NCBI RefSeq assembly: GCF_963921235.1
Contig: NC_086098.1
Span: 86,986,001-87,050,000 of the forward strand
Length of the DNA stretch: 64,000 bases
DNA from: Mobula hypostoma
Taxonomy: Eukaryota
Direction: 5' to 3'
In this document: one piece after another, positions 13,522 through 26,019 of the stretch
Layout: each line of letters begins with the position of its first letter
How positions within the stretch are numbered: the stretch's first letter is position 1
The notes under the pieces: generated by a model
The model's database searches: none
What the model saw: the letters and a program-made list of their open reading frames with translations, nothing else
What the model was told of the DNA's origin: nothing
Position numbers and translations under genes: made by a program

Positions 13522-13995
13522 CAGTGGTCCCCAACCACTGGGCTGCAGACTGGTACCGAGCCGCAAAACATGTGCTACCAGGCCACGAGGAAATTATATA
13601 ATTTGGCGAAATGAAACGATATCAAGTCGCTTTTTATTGTCATTTTGACCATAAGCTGCTGGTACAGTACACAGTAGAAACGAAACAACATTCTTCCAGG
13701 ACCATGGTGCTACATGAGACAACACAAAACTACACTAGACTAAGTGAGACAACACAAGGCTACACTAGACTACGCAAAACAACAGAAAAACTACACTAGA
13801 CTACAGACCTACACAGGACTACATAAAGTGCACAAATCAGTGCAGGGCAGTACAATAAATAATAAACAAGACAATGAGTCATTCTGTCAGGCACTGTTGC
13901 ACTTGAAACCACCCCCCCCCCCCGGGTCAGCCAGTCCGCAAAAATATTGTCAATATTAAACCGGTCCGCCGTGCAAAGAAGATTGGGGACCCCTG
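13522..13995. mobile_element. hAT/Charlie non-autonomous element containing a LINE-tail segment (about 13620-13875)
   Basis: TIRs CAGTGGTCCCCAACC / GATTGGGGACCCCTG; TSD CCCTAATA / CTCTAATA. Confidence 0.8.
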
Positions 13996-14027
13996 CTCTA
14001 ATAGATACAAATAGTTCACATATTAAT

Positions 14028-14330
14028 AGGCATCCGTTAGTCTCATGAGACCATGGATTTGCACCTTGGAAGGTTTCCAGGGCGCAGGCCTGGGCAAGGT
14101 TGTATGAAAGACCAGCAGTTGTCTATGCTGCAAGTCTCCCCTCTCCACGCCACCAATGTTGTCCAAGGGAAGGGCATTAGGACCCATACAGGTTGGCACC
14201 AGTGTCGTCGCAGAGCAATGTTGGTTAAGTGCCTTGCTCAAGTACACACATGCTGACTCAGCCAAGGCTTGAACTAGCGACCTTCAGGTCACAAGACGAA
14301 TGCCTTAACCACTTGGCCACATGCCAACAC
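14028..14330 (-). mobile_element. tRNA-derived SINE
   Basis: Minus strand shows A box TGGCCAAGTGG, B box AGTTCAAGCC, then a TTGAGCAAGGCACTTAACC core-like block. Confidence 0.65.
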
Positions 14331-14477
14331 AGTCATATATAGTTATTGCAAATTGAGTCTGATTGATTTCCAGAACTGGGCATAAATCTGTTGCTATAAT
14401 TTGAAGGTTATTACCTCAGTTGTATGACCAAATAAGAAAAAGCAGAAACAATGAAGAGGAAAAAAAAAATCGCCAAA

Positions 14478-14775
14478 GATTAGCTTTATTCGTCACATGT
14501 ACATGGAAACATACGGTGAAATGCGTTGTTTAGTGTCACCGACCATCAACGTGAGGATGTGCTGGGGGCAGCTCACAAATGTTGCCATGCTTCTGGTGCC
14601 AATGTAGCATGCCCACAACTGCCTAACCCACAAGTTTTGGTACTGTGGGAGGAAGCCTGAAACCCACGCTGTCACGGGAAAAACGTAAAAAGTCCTTACA
14701 TACATTTGCAGAGAGTGAACCCTGGAGGCTGGTGCTGCAATAGCATTACACTAGCTGCTACACTACCATGACCCT
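14478..14775 (-). mobile_element. V-SINE-like element
   Basis: TTCCCGTGACAGCGTGGGTTTC...TTCCTCCCACAGT V-domain-like block with a LINE-type tail. Confidence 0.6.
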
Positions 14776-15034
14776 ACTTCCCATATACAGATCCTTGTGT
14801 ACCCATATCTCTATTTCAATATAGATCAGCATTCAACATGCAAGGCAAATTCAACATGCAGTACAAAGTAGAAACCAATAAATTATAGCTGCAGATTAAA
14901 AATACAGGACTACTTGATACATACTGAAGCTGATACGAGTTTGTGACTAAAAGATATGGCCTTTCTTCCAACTCAATGTGGTCTTTTACACAAGGTTTTA
15001 AATGAGACATGAGCATGGCAGTTTTGAAGGGTAC

Positions 15035-15040
15035 TTTATT
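15035..15040 (-). terminator. NUP43: Candidate NUP43 polyadenylation signal AATAAA
   Basis: TTTATT on the plus strand about 100 nt after the NUP43 stop codon. Confidence 0.4.
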
Positions 15041-15138
15041 TAAAGTAATCCATGTGTGCTTGTCATTGTTCTGCACACTGGCAAGTTTTTGATTTTAAGA
15101 GCAATGGTTCATGTTCAGAAATTTGAATCTGTTTACAA

Positions 15139-15362
15139 TCAGACTTGCAGATCCCTGGTAATGTAAATAGCTTCTGCATCTGTCCCACAGACTAAATGCT
15201 CTCCCACAACATCCAAACTATTGACTGACAGGATGTAATCTGACAGCAGATTTTTGGCATCTACTTTTCCTTTTGTAATATCACTGGTGACCCATGCACT
15301 GGTCACTGACTGGTTCATGTCAACCTGGGAAGCCGGATCAGCTAATGCGAAGTTTCTTTTAC
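15139..15362 (-). CDS. NUP43: NUP43 exon 8 (last coding exon, includes stop)
   Basis: ttttcttag|(G)KRNFAL...LSVNSLDVVGEHLVCGTDAEAIYITRDLQV*; matches the NUP43 C-terminus LVCGTDAEAIYV. Confidence 0.95.
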
Positions 15363-15679
15363 CTAAGAAAACACAAGAGAAAAGGTTAAGTGCCATAATT
15401 TTACAATGGAACACCCTCCAGATTCAGATTTATCATGCTTATGTTTGTGTTAATAAGGAACACACCAAGAGGATGTGCTGAAGGCAGCCCACAGTTGTTG
15501 CCACACATTCCAGCGCCAATACAACATATTCACAATGTATAACACAATAAAACAAAGCATCAACATTAAAACAAGTCCCTTTCTCACCCACAAAGGCCAC
15601 CGAACCCAGAATATGCCATAGACACAAAATGCTGGAGGAATTCAGCAGGTCAGAGCATCTAAGGAAATAAATGAAGAGA

Positions 15680-16490
15680 GTGGAGCTTAGGAGGATTAAT
15701 GGCGCCTGATGGCGACTCCTTTGCTTGCATCTTCAGAAACAGCTCAATTTCTATTTTTAATATTTCTATTTTTCCCTTTCAAGGTTCTTTTGAAGACCCT
15801 GACCTGGAGTTACACGCTGACTTCAGTTCTTTGTGGAAATGGGACCCGCTCTCGGGTCTCACGACTGGCTGCTATTCAATAAACCTAGGCTGTGGCCTAG
15901 AAGACTACCATGCCTTCAGAGTTCCAGGACTTCGTGGCCCTGGGGGCGGGCGGACTCGAGGTCGGTGCCGCTGCAGAAAACTGGTGCATTGTGGGAGATG
16001 GAAGATCGAAAGCAGCAAGCTGGCTGCTGGCTGTGTGCCTAGAGACCAGAGTTCTTTGGGCACAGAGCTCGGAAGAAGTGACGCTACAGATTTTTAACAC
16101 CATAAATCAGCGAGTTGTTTTGTTATGTTTCCCCTCTCACTGTGAAACGGGAACACCTCTTTTTCCTTTATTAGGGAGAGAGAGAGAGAGAGAGAGAGAG
16201 AGCCTGTGGTGTGTCGAATTACAGGGTGAACAAGTAGTCTTTGGGGTACTACAAGTCTGTGTCCTTATTGATGCTTGGTGGGGGGGGGGAGGAGTACTGT
16301 TGCTTTTTTTGCTGGCCGGGGGGAGGGTTGTTGCTTTGCTGCTGCTTGTGCTTGGGAGGGGCTTTGGTGTTCTAACATTTAACTGTCATTCATTCTTTGG
16401 GGCACTCCTCTTTTTGTGGATGTTTGTGAAGGAAAAGAATTTCAGGATGTATATTGTATACATTTCTCTGACATTAAATGTACCTAGTCA
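15680..16490 (+). mobile_element. About 800-bp non-autonomous LINE-derived element inserted into a Penelope tail
   Basis: Starts with ATGGCGCCTGATGGCGACTCCTTTGCTTGC and ends with CATTTCTCTGACATTAAATGTACC. A second copy is inverted at 46110-46910. The PLE tail is split between 15622-15670 and 16497-16535. Confidence 0.7.
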
Positions 16491-17452
16491 AACTATTAAA
16501 CAGTCACTGTTTCGGGCCGAGACCCTTCTTCAGGATGCCTCCAGTCCCTGGCCACAGACTCTCAAACTAACAGACATCAGGAATGTGAATGCATGTGTAT
16601 GCCCCAGTGCAAGTTCAGCTGAACTAACATCCAACTTTCAGAATCACTAGTCTTGCACAATGCTTCAATTGCCAAGCAAAAACTACAGATGGTCAGTTTG
16701 AAAACTGAAAATGCAGTTTTCTGCTCGGCCACTGAATTTTGCTTCCATTACAATTAACAGTTTGATCTGCTTTAACAGTGCATTCTCAACACCGCCAAAG
16801 AAATAAAGCACACAGTTTTTGTTCTTTTGAGGCAGCTCACCATTGTAAAGATGAACTCAAGGATTGACGTATTCAGTGTATGTATTTACATAAATTACAA
16901 TTTTGCTGTGGTGTGTTGCTAACATTCAATAATTAGAAAGAATAAAGAATTATATAAAAATAAGTCAGAGGTTAATGTATAGATGTGGAATAAAATGTGC
17001 ATAAATACCAACATGCATTTACAATGCAATAACAGCATTATAAAAAGTGGTTTAAAGTGCTTACAGTGCACTGCAGTGACTGAGATAATAGCTGAGGGGG
17101 CGTGGGGGAGGAATGGAATGGTTGATCAGATTAACTGCCTGAGGGAAGAAACTTTTAAGATGGCGTTAAGTTTGCACTTTCCAGAAGGGAGAATTTGGAA
17201 AAGGGAGTTTGCTAGGTACATAATGTCCCCAATGATTTTTCTTGCCCGCTTCCTTGTCCTGGACACACACAAATCAGTTATACCCAAACATCAAATTTAC
17301 CTTTTCAGATATTTTATCTATAAAAATGACCCAGTTTTTAAAAAAGAAAATCAAATTTCTGTTTATAGCATTTTTGACCCAGGGTGACAAAATTCAATTT
17401 TAAAAAATTGCTAAGATCAACAATCAATATTAACAACTAATGCAGTTTATAC

Positions 17453-17572
17453 CTTGAAGAAAGGAAGGCTTTTCAGAATTAACAATAGATGCATTCCAGT
17501 GCCACAGAGATCCATCCTCGGAGCACGTAAAGACATGGTCAGGGTTGGAAGGATGGAAATGAACTTCCCACA
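17453..17572 (-). CDS. NUP43: NUP43 exon 7
   Basis: acag|(M)WEVHFHPSNPDHVFTCSEDGSLWHWNAS...FLQ-G|gtataa; 120 nt. Confidence 0.95.
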
Positions 17573-18431
17573 CTGTTAATAAAAATGCAAACCATTGAGA
17601 ACCTGATACTTTATCAGGCAATATTGCAAAAGATGCAGCCCTCTAGTGATAAGCTTCCTAATGCACAATACACAAACAATTATACTAGTTCATTTAAGGC
17701 ACATTTGTCTTTAACCTGAAAGAAGCAAGGAGGCGGCTAGTATACAAAGTTGGTGTAATGTAATCCACATGACTTGCCAGACATTGCTGAAACCCAAGTG
17801 TGGGAAGGACAACCAAATGAGAAACGAGATGTGCCTACCAAATGCTAGCTTTTAGTGAGAAGCTGAAGCAGACGTGAAGATCTACAATGCATTCAACAGG
17901 GTCAAAATGACAAGCATCTTTGAGGGGAAGGCAATAATAGGATGATAGAGCAGGATCTGAATTTGGAAGACAGGCATCTTATCAGTATAAATACATTAAT
18001 TCCTAAGGGGTGCATTTCTATGGTGTGCTTTGCAACACCAAAACTTCTCACGTGCTTCATAGGAAACTATTTGTTAAATTATACACACCTTACTGACTTC
18101 CAATATCAGGTAAACATAGCCAAAGGCAATTGTCATTATTAGAGGAAAACTTTGATAATCACGTACACCTTCTGAACTTCAGTGATGCTGAACTAGCAAA
18201 TAGACTTTTGCATGTTACTGTTAATAACTGTAATACATTTTTATTTCACTGTTAAATATTACAAAAATAAACTTTCCAGTGAACTTAAGGGGAGTGAGAA
18301 ATGTTCAATTGCTTTGGATCCTGGTTCTAGTCACAAACCTACCTGTACTTCTGACCCCAACTCCAGTCATAAACACTGCTCACATTCTAGAGGTCTAGCT
18401 TGCTAAACTATGAGATTTGAAAAATGGGAGT

Positions 18432-18570
18432 AACACACAGAAATGTTGGACTCTTCTCAGCTCGAAATGTCAGCTCTTTATTCTTCTCCATAGATGATGC
18501 TCAACTTGCTGAGTTCCTCCAGCATTTTGTGTGTGTTACTCTGTATTTCCAGCATTTGCAGAATCTCATG
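18432..18570. repeat. Fold-back Penelope-tail derivative
   Basis: Short left arm ACACACAGAAATGTTGG; long right arm ...GAGTTCCTCCAGCATTTTGTGTGTGTT...GCAGAATCTC. Confidence 0.65.
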
Positions 18571-19061
18571 TGTTGTTGAACAATGGGATGTAGGATTAGA
18601 GTTTTACAATATGTTTGACATCCATGCAGTTCTACAGGACTTGTTTGTAAACGTAAGGTAACAGCATACCGCAGAGAAGTGTTGGACAATACTTACTCAT
18701 ACTTCACAGATCTCTTCTCTCATATTAGTTCATCTCACCTTCTCAGGATAGCCTTTCCTTTTCTCCCTTAACTACTTTTCCTACCATATCCAAGTTACTT
18801 GCTTTATCTATCTCCTGTGGTAATAAATTCCACATTTTACCCAGTCTGGCTAAAGAGGTTCCTCCTGAGAATAATTCAGTGTCATGTAAATGGACTCCGA
18901 CTTTTCAGTCCAAGTTTCAATTCAGGATTACATATCTCCCTTACCAAAAAGTGGAACTTAAGGAGGTAACCTTCAAATTCACAAATTTAACTGCTAATTC
19001 AGTTAGTGATGGACATTCTCAGCCATCAGAGGGTCGATATAATGAAAAGAATCAGACTTAC

Positions 19062-19213
19062 TTTCTGCAGAATGAGCATCCAACACAGAGATGGGCATAT
19101 TTCCTTGTCTGACGTCCCAGATACAGAGCGTTCCGTCTTGGCCGCCTGTTGCCACTATGTGCTGCTGGTTCGGATGCCTGTCTACACAGTGCAGAGGCAC
19201 TCGCTCATCTGTG
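19062..19213 (-). CDS. NUP43: NUP43 exon 6
   Basis: tgtag|TDERVPLHCVDRHPNQQHIVATGGQDGTLCIWDVRQGNMPISVLDAHSAE|gtaagt; 152 nt WD40 repeat. Confidence 0.95.
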
Positions 19214-19889
19214 CTACAAGCCATCAGAAATTTTAAAAAAAGAGTAAGCAAGCACTTCTATTAACTCTAGGACAACCAAATTATTATATACATCTCCATC
19301 CAACAGGGAAAAAAAAGTAGGAGAAACTACATCCTAAAAGTAGTAGAATGAAGAACTTGCAATTATAAGTAGAAAAGGCAAATGACATCAGTGTATTTCT
19401 GGGAAAACTGGACAAGTGTGCAAAGAAAGGAAAAGTATAATTGGGTGAGATGAAGGAGGCTTGTGCGGATTATAAAAGGGATCTACATGAGACTGAAGAT
19501 GCTGGAAATCTGAAGCAACACAAAATATTGGAGGTACTCAGCAGGTCAGGCATCACCAATGAAGGGAAATAGATTAAGATTAGCTTTATTTATCACGTCA
19601 ACTGGAATATCAAAACATAGGGAAATGCATTGTTTGCATCAGTGACGAACACAGTCTTGAGTATAAGCTGGGGGTAACCTGCATGTGTCAGGACACTCCT
19701 GGTGCCAACAAGCATGCCGACAACTTACTAATCCTACCACGCAAGCCTTTGGAATGTGGGAAGAAACTGGAGCACGCAGAAGAAACCCACACAAAGATAG
19801 ATAGAAAGTTAAAAACTCCTTACAGATAGCGGTGTGAATTGAACCCCACTCAATAATCACCAGCACTGAAAAGTGATTGCCCTCAAATT

Positions 19890-20450
19890 TCATCGAGATT
19901 CTTCTGCAGAATGGATACAACATATAAAAGAATGGGGATAGGGGCTGGAGCAATAACTAGCATATGATAGGTATATCCAGCAGAGAGGGGAAGATAGGCA
20001 GGTGGGGGTAGGAGTGAATGAGAATAACGTATGAAGCTGGGAAGTGATAGGTTGAAGTGACAAAGGGTTGAAGAAGATGGAATCTGATAGGACAATGAAC
20101 TATGGAATAAAGGGAAGGTGGTGAGCAGTGGACTGGAGAGACGAATGTGTGGACGATGGGCAGACCAAGAAGGTAGAGGGGGGAAAGAAGGGGTATTGGG
20201 GTCTGTGGGATAAAGAGAGACAGGAGGAGGAACAGGCAACAGTGGTTAGCAAACTTAAGAAAAAAAGGTCAAAGTTCATGAGACTACCAGGGTGGAATAC
20301 AAGGTACTATTCCTCTAATCTGTGTCAGGCCTCAACTTGGCAGTAGTGGAGGCTTTGGACAGACAAGTTGGTGTGGGAATGAGAAGCAGAATTAAAATGG
20401 CTGGCGACTCTGAACACCTGGTTGTTACAGCAGGAGGAGGTGCACAAAGT
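19890..20450 (-). mobile_element. Degenerate Penelope-like 3' fragment
   Basis: Purine-rich UTR plus decayed GIY-YIG C-terminal sequence similar to 38950-39400. Confidence 0.55.
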
Positions 20451-21104
20451 GGAAAAAAATTCTAAGGTTACAGTAAATAGCCAGGGGTGCAGAACTAGTA
20501 AATTGCACTAATCGAGAGGGGATCAGATGCAATGAGCTAACCGGCCTCGTTTGTGCTCTAACCATTTTATGATCTATTTGGCATGACATTCAAATGTCCC
20601 GACAGTAGATACATCAGTTACTGGTGGTTTCACTACTCTGTTCAAAAACCATAAAGAGCTTCTTTTCCTGCTCAAAGTGAAGACTTAGAGCCTATGTCCA
20701 ATTCCTCGGGTACAATTATGGAGGCAATGCCCAAAATTGTGTACATACCTGATTCGAATCATTGCCTTTTTTAAGAAAAAAGGAATCAGAGAGAAGTCAG
20801 GAGAGTAACAGCAATTTTGAGCAGACTCAAGTGTTTCTTCAAAAAATTACTGTTACATTTATTGGTCTGAACTCCACTTCACAACTTCATATTCTTACAA
20901 TGGTACAATCAGTATACCACTCAAACATTTTTGAAAGAATGTTATGCATTTACTTTAATGTTTGTGTTAGAAATATTATAGACAAAAAGATTTCAAGGCG
21001 CCAACAAAGCAAGTTGTTGCCTATGCAACTACAATTATCTACACCCCTATCTTGTTGCAATGTCTTCTATTACCTCTTGCAACAGGTATAGACTTAAATA
21101 CATA

Positions 21105-21632
21105 AACACAAGAAATTCTACAGATGCTGAAAATCCAAAGCAACACACACAAAATGCTGGAGGAACTCATCTGGTCAGGCAGCACATTTCAGGCCGAGAC
21201 CCTTCTTCAGGACTGGAAAGGAAGGGAGAGGAAACCCGAATAAAAAAGGTGGGAGGAGGGGAAGGAGGATAGCCAGAAGGTGATAGATGAAGCCAGGTAG
21301 TTTGGAAAGGTAAAGGGCTGGCGATAAAGAGAAGGAGGAGGGATACCCAGGATGAGGTGATGTGCAGGAGAGAAGAGGTAAGAGGCCAGAGTGGGGGATA
21401 GAAGGGGAGGAAACGCTTTTTTTATGAAATCAATATTCATGCCATCACGTTGGCATTTACCCATACGGAATATAAGGTGATGTTCCTCAACTCTGAGGGT
21501 GTCCTCACTGTGGCACAAAAGGAAGTCATGGACCAGAATGTTGGAATGGGAATGGGGATTGGAATTAAAGTGATCGGCCACTGGGAAGTTCTGCTTTTGG
21601 CGGATGGAGTGTAGGAGCTCGACAAAGCAGTC
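21105..21632 (-). mobile_element. Penelope-like (Neptune-type) 3' fragment
   Basis: FVELLHSIRQKQNFPVADHFNSNPHSHS...LRVEEHHLIFRMG...DGMNIDF; tail with CTGAAGAAGGGTCTCGGCCTGAAAT motif. Confidence 0.85.
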
Positions 21633-21650
21633 CATTGCTGTTGAACTTAC

Positions 21651-21786
21651 AAACAATATATTTGTAAAGGTTTGTTTCCTGGCTGCCTGAAATCCCAGAT
21701 TTTCAGCTGTCCAATGGAATTAACTGTCAAGATCTCTGTTGTCCGCAGAAAGGTAATTGCATTGAGTGAACTACTGTCAGCATTGT
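21651..21786 (-). CDS. NUP43: NUP43 exon 5
   Basis: ttttcag|(D)NADSSSLNAITFLRTTEILTVNSIGQLKIWDFRQPGNKPLQIYC|gtaagt; 136 nt. Confidence 0.95.
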
Positions 21787-21939
21787 CTGAAAATTAAAAG
21801 AAATAATAAGTTGAGATGTGGAGGTCCACTTTTCTAAACAAACAAAAGAGCCAAACATATATATTCATACAAATTTTGTTCCAGCAAAAATGCCTTATGA
21901 GATAGAGCATTATTGTGAAAGCCTGCTCTCATTTTGCAA

Positions 21940-22395
21940 GTGTCCAGAGAAGATTCATGAGAATGATCCTGAGAATGAAAGGATTAATGTATGAGGAATG
22001 TTTGATGGCTCTGGGCCTATAATTGCTGGAATTTAGAAAAATGGGGTGGGGTGGGGAGAGAAATCTCATTGAAAGACCTAGACAGGGTGGATGTGGGAAC
22101 AAAGTTTACTATGGTGGGGGAGAAAAGGAGGTCATCCCTTTAGAACAGAGATGAGGAGGAACTTCTTTAGACAGAGGGTGATGAAACTGTGGAATTTATT
22201 GTCACATACGGCTAAGTGATTGGGTATATTTAAAGTGGAGGTAAGTAAGTGAAGTGGAGGTGATTAATACGGGCATCAAAATTTACTGGGAGAAAGCAGA
22301 AGAATGGGGTTGACAGGGATTAAAAAAAAAAGTCAGCCATGATGCAAACCCAACAGGCCGAAGGCCTAGTTCTGCTCCAATGTCTTACGGTGTTA
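21940..22395 (+). mobile_element. CR1 LINE 3' fragment
   Basis: Same CR1 3' sequence as 6620-7090. Confidence 0.75.
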
Positions 22396-23271
22396 TTAAT
22401 CTGTTTAGCACGTGCCAGCCATGGCTTAATCAGCAACAGTTGCTGCATTTGTGTTCTACTCCAAGGATTTGACCACCAATCCTCTCAACAGAGTCCTGAG
22501 AAACTATTGACAGTGCAGCAGTGTCTTCCTGGATGCTACACCAAGGTTCTGACAAAAATAATCCATGCTACACTCAAACAGTTACTTGTACATTGTGCTT
22601 TATAGGATTGTTTATACATTTATTGTGTTTTATATGCTGGGTGTTTTTTTTTAATGCTGCATCATACCTGGAAAAATAATCATTTTGTTCATTTTTACAC
22701 TTGCATACTGAAGAATGACAATAAACAATCAGCTAAATCATTCAGGTATTCTGCTCAAGATTCAGAATTATTTATCGTCATCCTTCAGTACAGGAGTATA
22801 AAGGAGAACGAAATATCCAGATCTGATGCAGCATAAAAAAAAACACAAATGTAAAAGCAATCCTATAAAGCACAATGTATAATCAACTGTGTGGCCATAT
22901 ACAAGAATAACTTGTATAAAGATATATTAGCTTATAGTATGGAGTGCAAGTGTAAAATGGCAGTGCATAGGTGGACGAAAGACGCCGAGGGACTGTGGGG
23001 AGCAGTTGCTGATGTAGATGTAGTGGTGGTGGGGGATGGTGGTTGGATCAATGGGTGGAGTATTCTGTCAATACCTTCATTTATACCTGATAGTAGATCT
23101 TAAAAATCATGTTAAAGGGAAAGGGACTGCTAAAAGTTTGTATGGCCACATTGGAAATAGTTGCTTTAAGTTCTCAATCTGGTGTTACAACCTTTGACTT
23201 TTCAAATATGGCAGCTATGCAATTGACAGTTAAATACTTCAATTAGCATAAACAATCCCAATTGAACCAAA

Positions 23272-23540
23272 GACAAGAGATTCTGCAGATACTGGAAATC
23301 TTCGACAACACACACAAAATGCTAGAGGAACTCAGCCAGGTAGGCAGCATCTACTGAGGGGAATAACAGTAAACATTTCGGCTCGGACCCTTCATCATGA
23401 CTGGAAAAGAAGGGAACAGAAGAACAAGGTGTGGCGACAGGTGTGAGTACAAGAAAAAATTGGAATGTATGCATTTGGTAAGGAAAGTTGTTTTGTATAT
23501 ATAGAAGTTAGAGGCTGCCAAAAAATTGATATTCAAATGG
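23272..23540 (-). mobile_element. Penelope-like tail fragment
   Basis: ACAAGAGATTCTGCAGATACTGG...CATTTCGGCTCGGACCCTTCATCATGACTGG. Confidence 0.7.
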
Positions 23541-23739
23541 GCATAAATTGGCTAATATGAGGGGTCATAATTTTAAAGTGATTGGAATAAAGTATGAGGG
23601 GGGAATGTCAGTAGTTTTTAGACTGAGAACAGTGGGTAACAGGAATGTGCTGCCAGGGGTGGTGATAGAGGTAGGTACATTAGACATTTTAGAAGATCTG
23701 AGAGAGTCACATGAATGAAAGAAAAATGGAGGGCAATAT

Positions 23740-24095
23740 AGTCATACTTCATTGATCCCGAGGGAAAATGGGTTTCGTTACAGTTGCACCAAGAATAGAG
23801 TATAAATATAGCAATATAAAACCATAAATAATTAAATAATATGTAAATTATGCCAGATGGAAATAAGTTCAGGACCAGCCTATTGGCTCAGGGTGTCTGA
23901 CCCTCCAAGGGAGGAGTTGTAAAGTTTGATGGCCACAGGCAGGAATGATTTCCTACGATGCTCAGTGTTGCATCTCAGTGAAATGAGTCTCTGGCTGAAT
24001 GTACTCCTGTGCCCAACCGGTACATTATGTAGAGGATGGGTGACATTGTCCAAGATGGCATGCAACTTGGACAGCATCCTCTTTTCAGACACATA
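23740..24095 (-). mobile_element. Rex1/Babar-type LINE 3' fragment nested in a CR1 tail
   Basis: ORF 23880-24092 RMLSKLHAILDNVTHPLH...RRKSFLPVAIKLYNSS; CR1 3' sequence on both sides. Confidence 0.75.
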
Positions 24096-24326
24096 TGGGA
24101 GGGATGTGTTAAACTGATCCTAGAATACGTTGAAGGCAGCACAGCATTATGGTACTATGCTGTTCTATGTCTTATCTTCTGAGTCTGAAGTCTCCCATTC
24201 CCAACCCATCTCATACTGATGCCTTCCCACTGAGGAGCCAGGCACATTAAACATACCTGTTGGTATTTGATTTGTCCTGCTATGCAGGATTCCTTATTAA
24301 ACTCAGCCACATTTTCCTTCACCCAC

Positions 24327-24489
24327 CTATAGTCCGCACTGGTTCCTTTAAGTCAAGTTGGAAATGGTTGATTCGGCCATCTTCCCCAACAGTAATAATC
24401 TCAGGACCACTACAAGCCAGGCTGGTGCAGGGGGTGCTGATATTGGAATGATAGTGGACCCGGTCCCAATGCTGGGCGACCGAAAGAGT
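24327..24489 (-). CDS. NUP43: NUP43 exon 4
   Basis: cctgtag|TLSVAQHWDRVHYHSNISTPCTSLACSGPEIITVGEDGRINHFQLDLKEPVRTI|gtgggt; 163 nt. Confidence 0.95.
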
Positions 24490-25069
24490 CTACAGGAAAA
24501 AAAAACAAACAGAAAATGTGTTCTGAAAACATGCATGATATTGGCTTTAGTGAATATATATAAAAAAATACAGAAACGATGAAGATAGTACACTCAGTTT
24601 AAAAAAATTCAGTCATTTCTGGTTTGTAACAGAACAATCTGATTATTTAGCAACACAGAAAAAATGCTGAAGAAACTCAGCAGGTCAGGCAGCATCTACA
24701 TACAGGGAAATAAACAGTCAATGTTTTAGCCAAGACGGGAAAGGAAGTGGGCAGATGCCGGAAAAGCTGCTGAAGGGGTAGGAGTACAAGCTAACAAGTG
24801 ATAAGTGAAACGAAGTGTGTGTGTGTGGGGGGTGGGGGGGGAGAGAGGAGGAACTGCAGGAGGTTGGGAGGTGATAAGCAGAACAGGTGAAGGGCTGGGA
24901 AGAATCTAACAGGAGAGAACCATTGACCATGGGATAGAGGGAAGGAGAGGAACCAGTTCTTTCTTTCTTAAGCAATTAAATGTTTTTTTAAAACTAAATT
25001 TCAAATGATACAGGATCTTTATAAGACAAAGTACAGAACCACGTTAAGAGTAATGTGATAAGATTTTCT

Positions 25070-25530
25070 TTTAGTGGGTGCCTAGATCTCAGAGAATCTA
25101 CTATGGGCCAGCACACAGATGCCACGATGAAGGCGGCATACAAGCATCTCTATGTTTTGAGAGGCTTACAAGATTCTGCATGTCATCAAAAACCTCTGAA
25201 ATACTTCTACATTCTGACTGGTTGCATTGTGGCCTGGTATGGAAACGAATGCACAGGAATGCAAGAGTGATGAACTCGACCAGTTCCATCACGGTTACAG
25301 TTGCAAGGACATATACAAGAGGCAATGTCTCAGGAAGGTGTTATCCATCAATACGGAGACTTAACAACTGGGCATCTCATTGCTGTCATTATCCATCAAT
25401 ACGGAGACTTAACAACTGGGCATCTCATTGCTGTCATTACGCAGGAGGTACAGGAGCCTGAAGACACACAACTCAAAGTTCAGCAACAGCCTTTTCCCCA
25501 CTGCCATCAAATTATTGAATCAATCTAACA
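25070..25530 (+). mobile_element. Rex1/L2-type LINE fragment with a 48-bp internal tandem duplication
   Basis: ILTGCIVAWYGN motif; TTATCCATCAATACGGAGACTTAACAACTGGGCATCTCATTGCTGTCA twice (25341-25436). Confidence 0.7.
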
Positions 25531-25786
25531 AAAGCCCCAACTCTACCCCAGAATATACTTCCCTTAACTTGTACTCATGTCATTTATATTTATCCTTTAA
25601 ATCATGCAAGTTCTGAATAATTTACATTAAGTTAATGCAATTCATGCTTGCCATGTTGTAAGGTAGTGTACTGCTGCAGATAGCTAACTTTCTGCTGGCC
25701 TGTATGCCCATAACAATGAACTTGCTTTAATTTCAGAGACTATTTGGATTTCATGACAAAAAAATGCCATGATTTAGTAACATTAC

Positions 25787-25864
25787 CTGGTTGTTTGGAT
25801 GATGTCGGAACACAGTCACACTTCCCGTAGATGAAGCAGTGACGATCCTCTCCTGATCTAGAAA
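25787..25864 (-). CDS. NUP43: NUP43 exon 3
   Basis: ttttgtag|FLDQERIVTASSTGSVTVFRHHPNNQ|gtaatg; 78 nt. Confidence 0.95.
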
Positions 25865-26019
25865 CTACAAAAAAAGACAAACCATTGCCTTTATACATTG
25901 ACAGTGGTTGGACAGTATAATAGATGAGAGTTGGCATAAAATTACAGCACCAGTGGGGATCAGGTGTATAGACACAAATATAACCCACGTGCACAAAATG
26001 TAAAATTGAACTGATAATG

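Noticed and set aside
15910-16650. 246-aa ORF with a hydrophobic stretch
   Set aside because: It lies in a dispersed repeat, crosses a (GA)n tract, and is not preserved in the second copy at 46110-46910.
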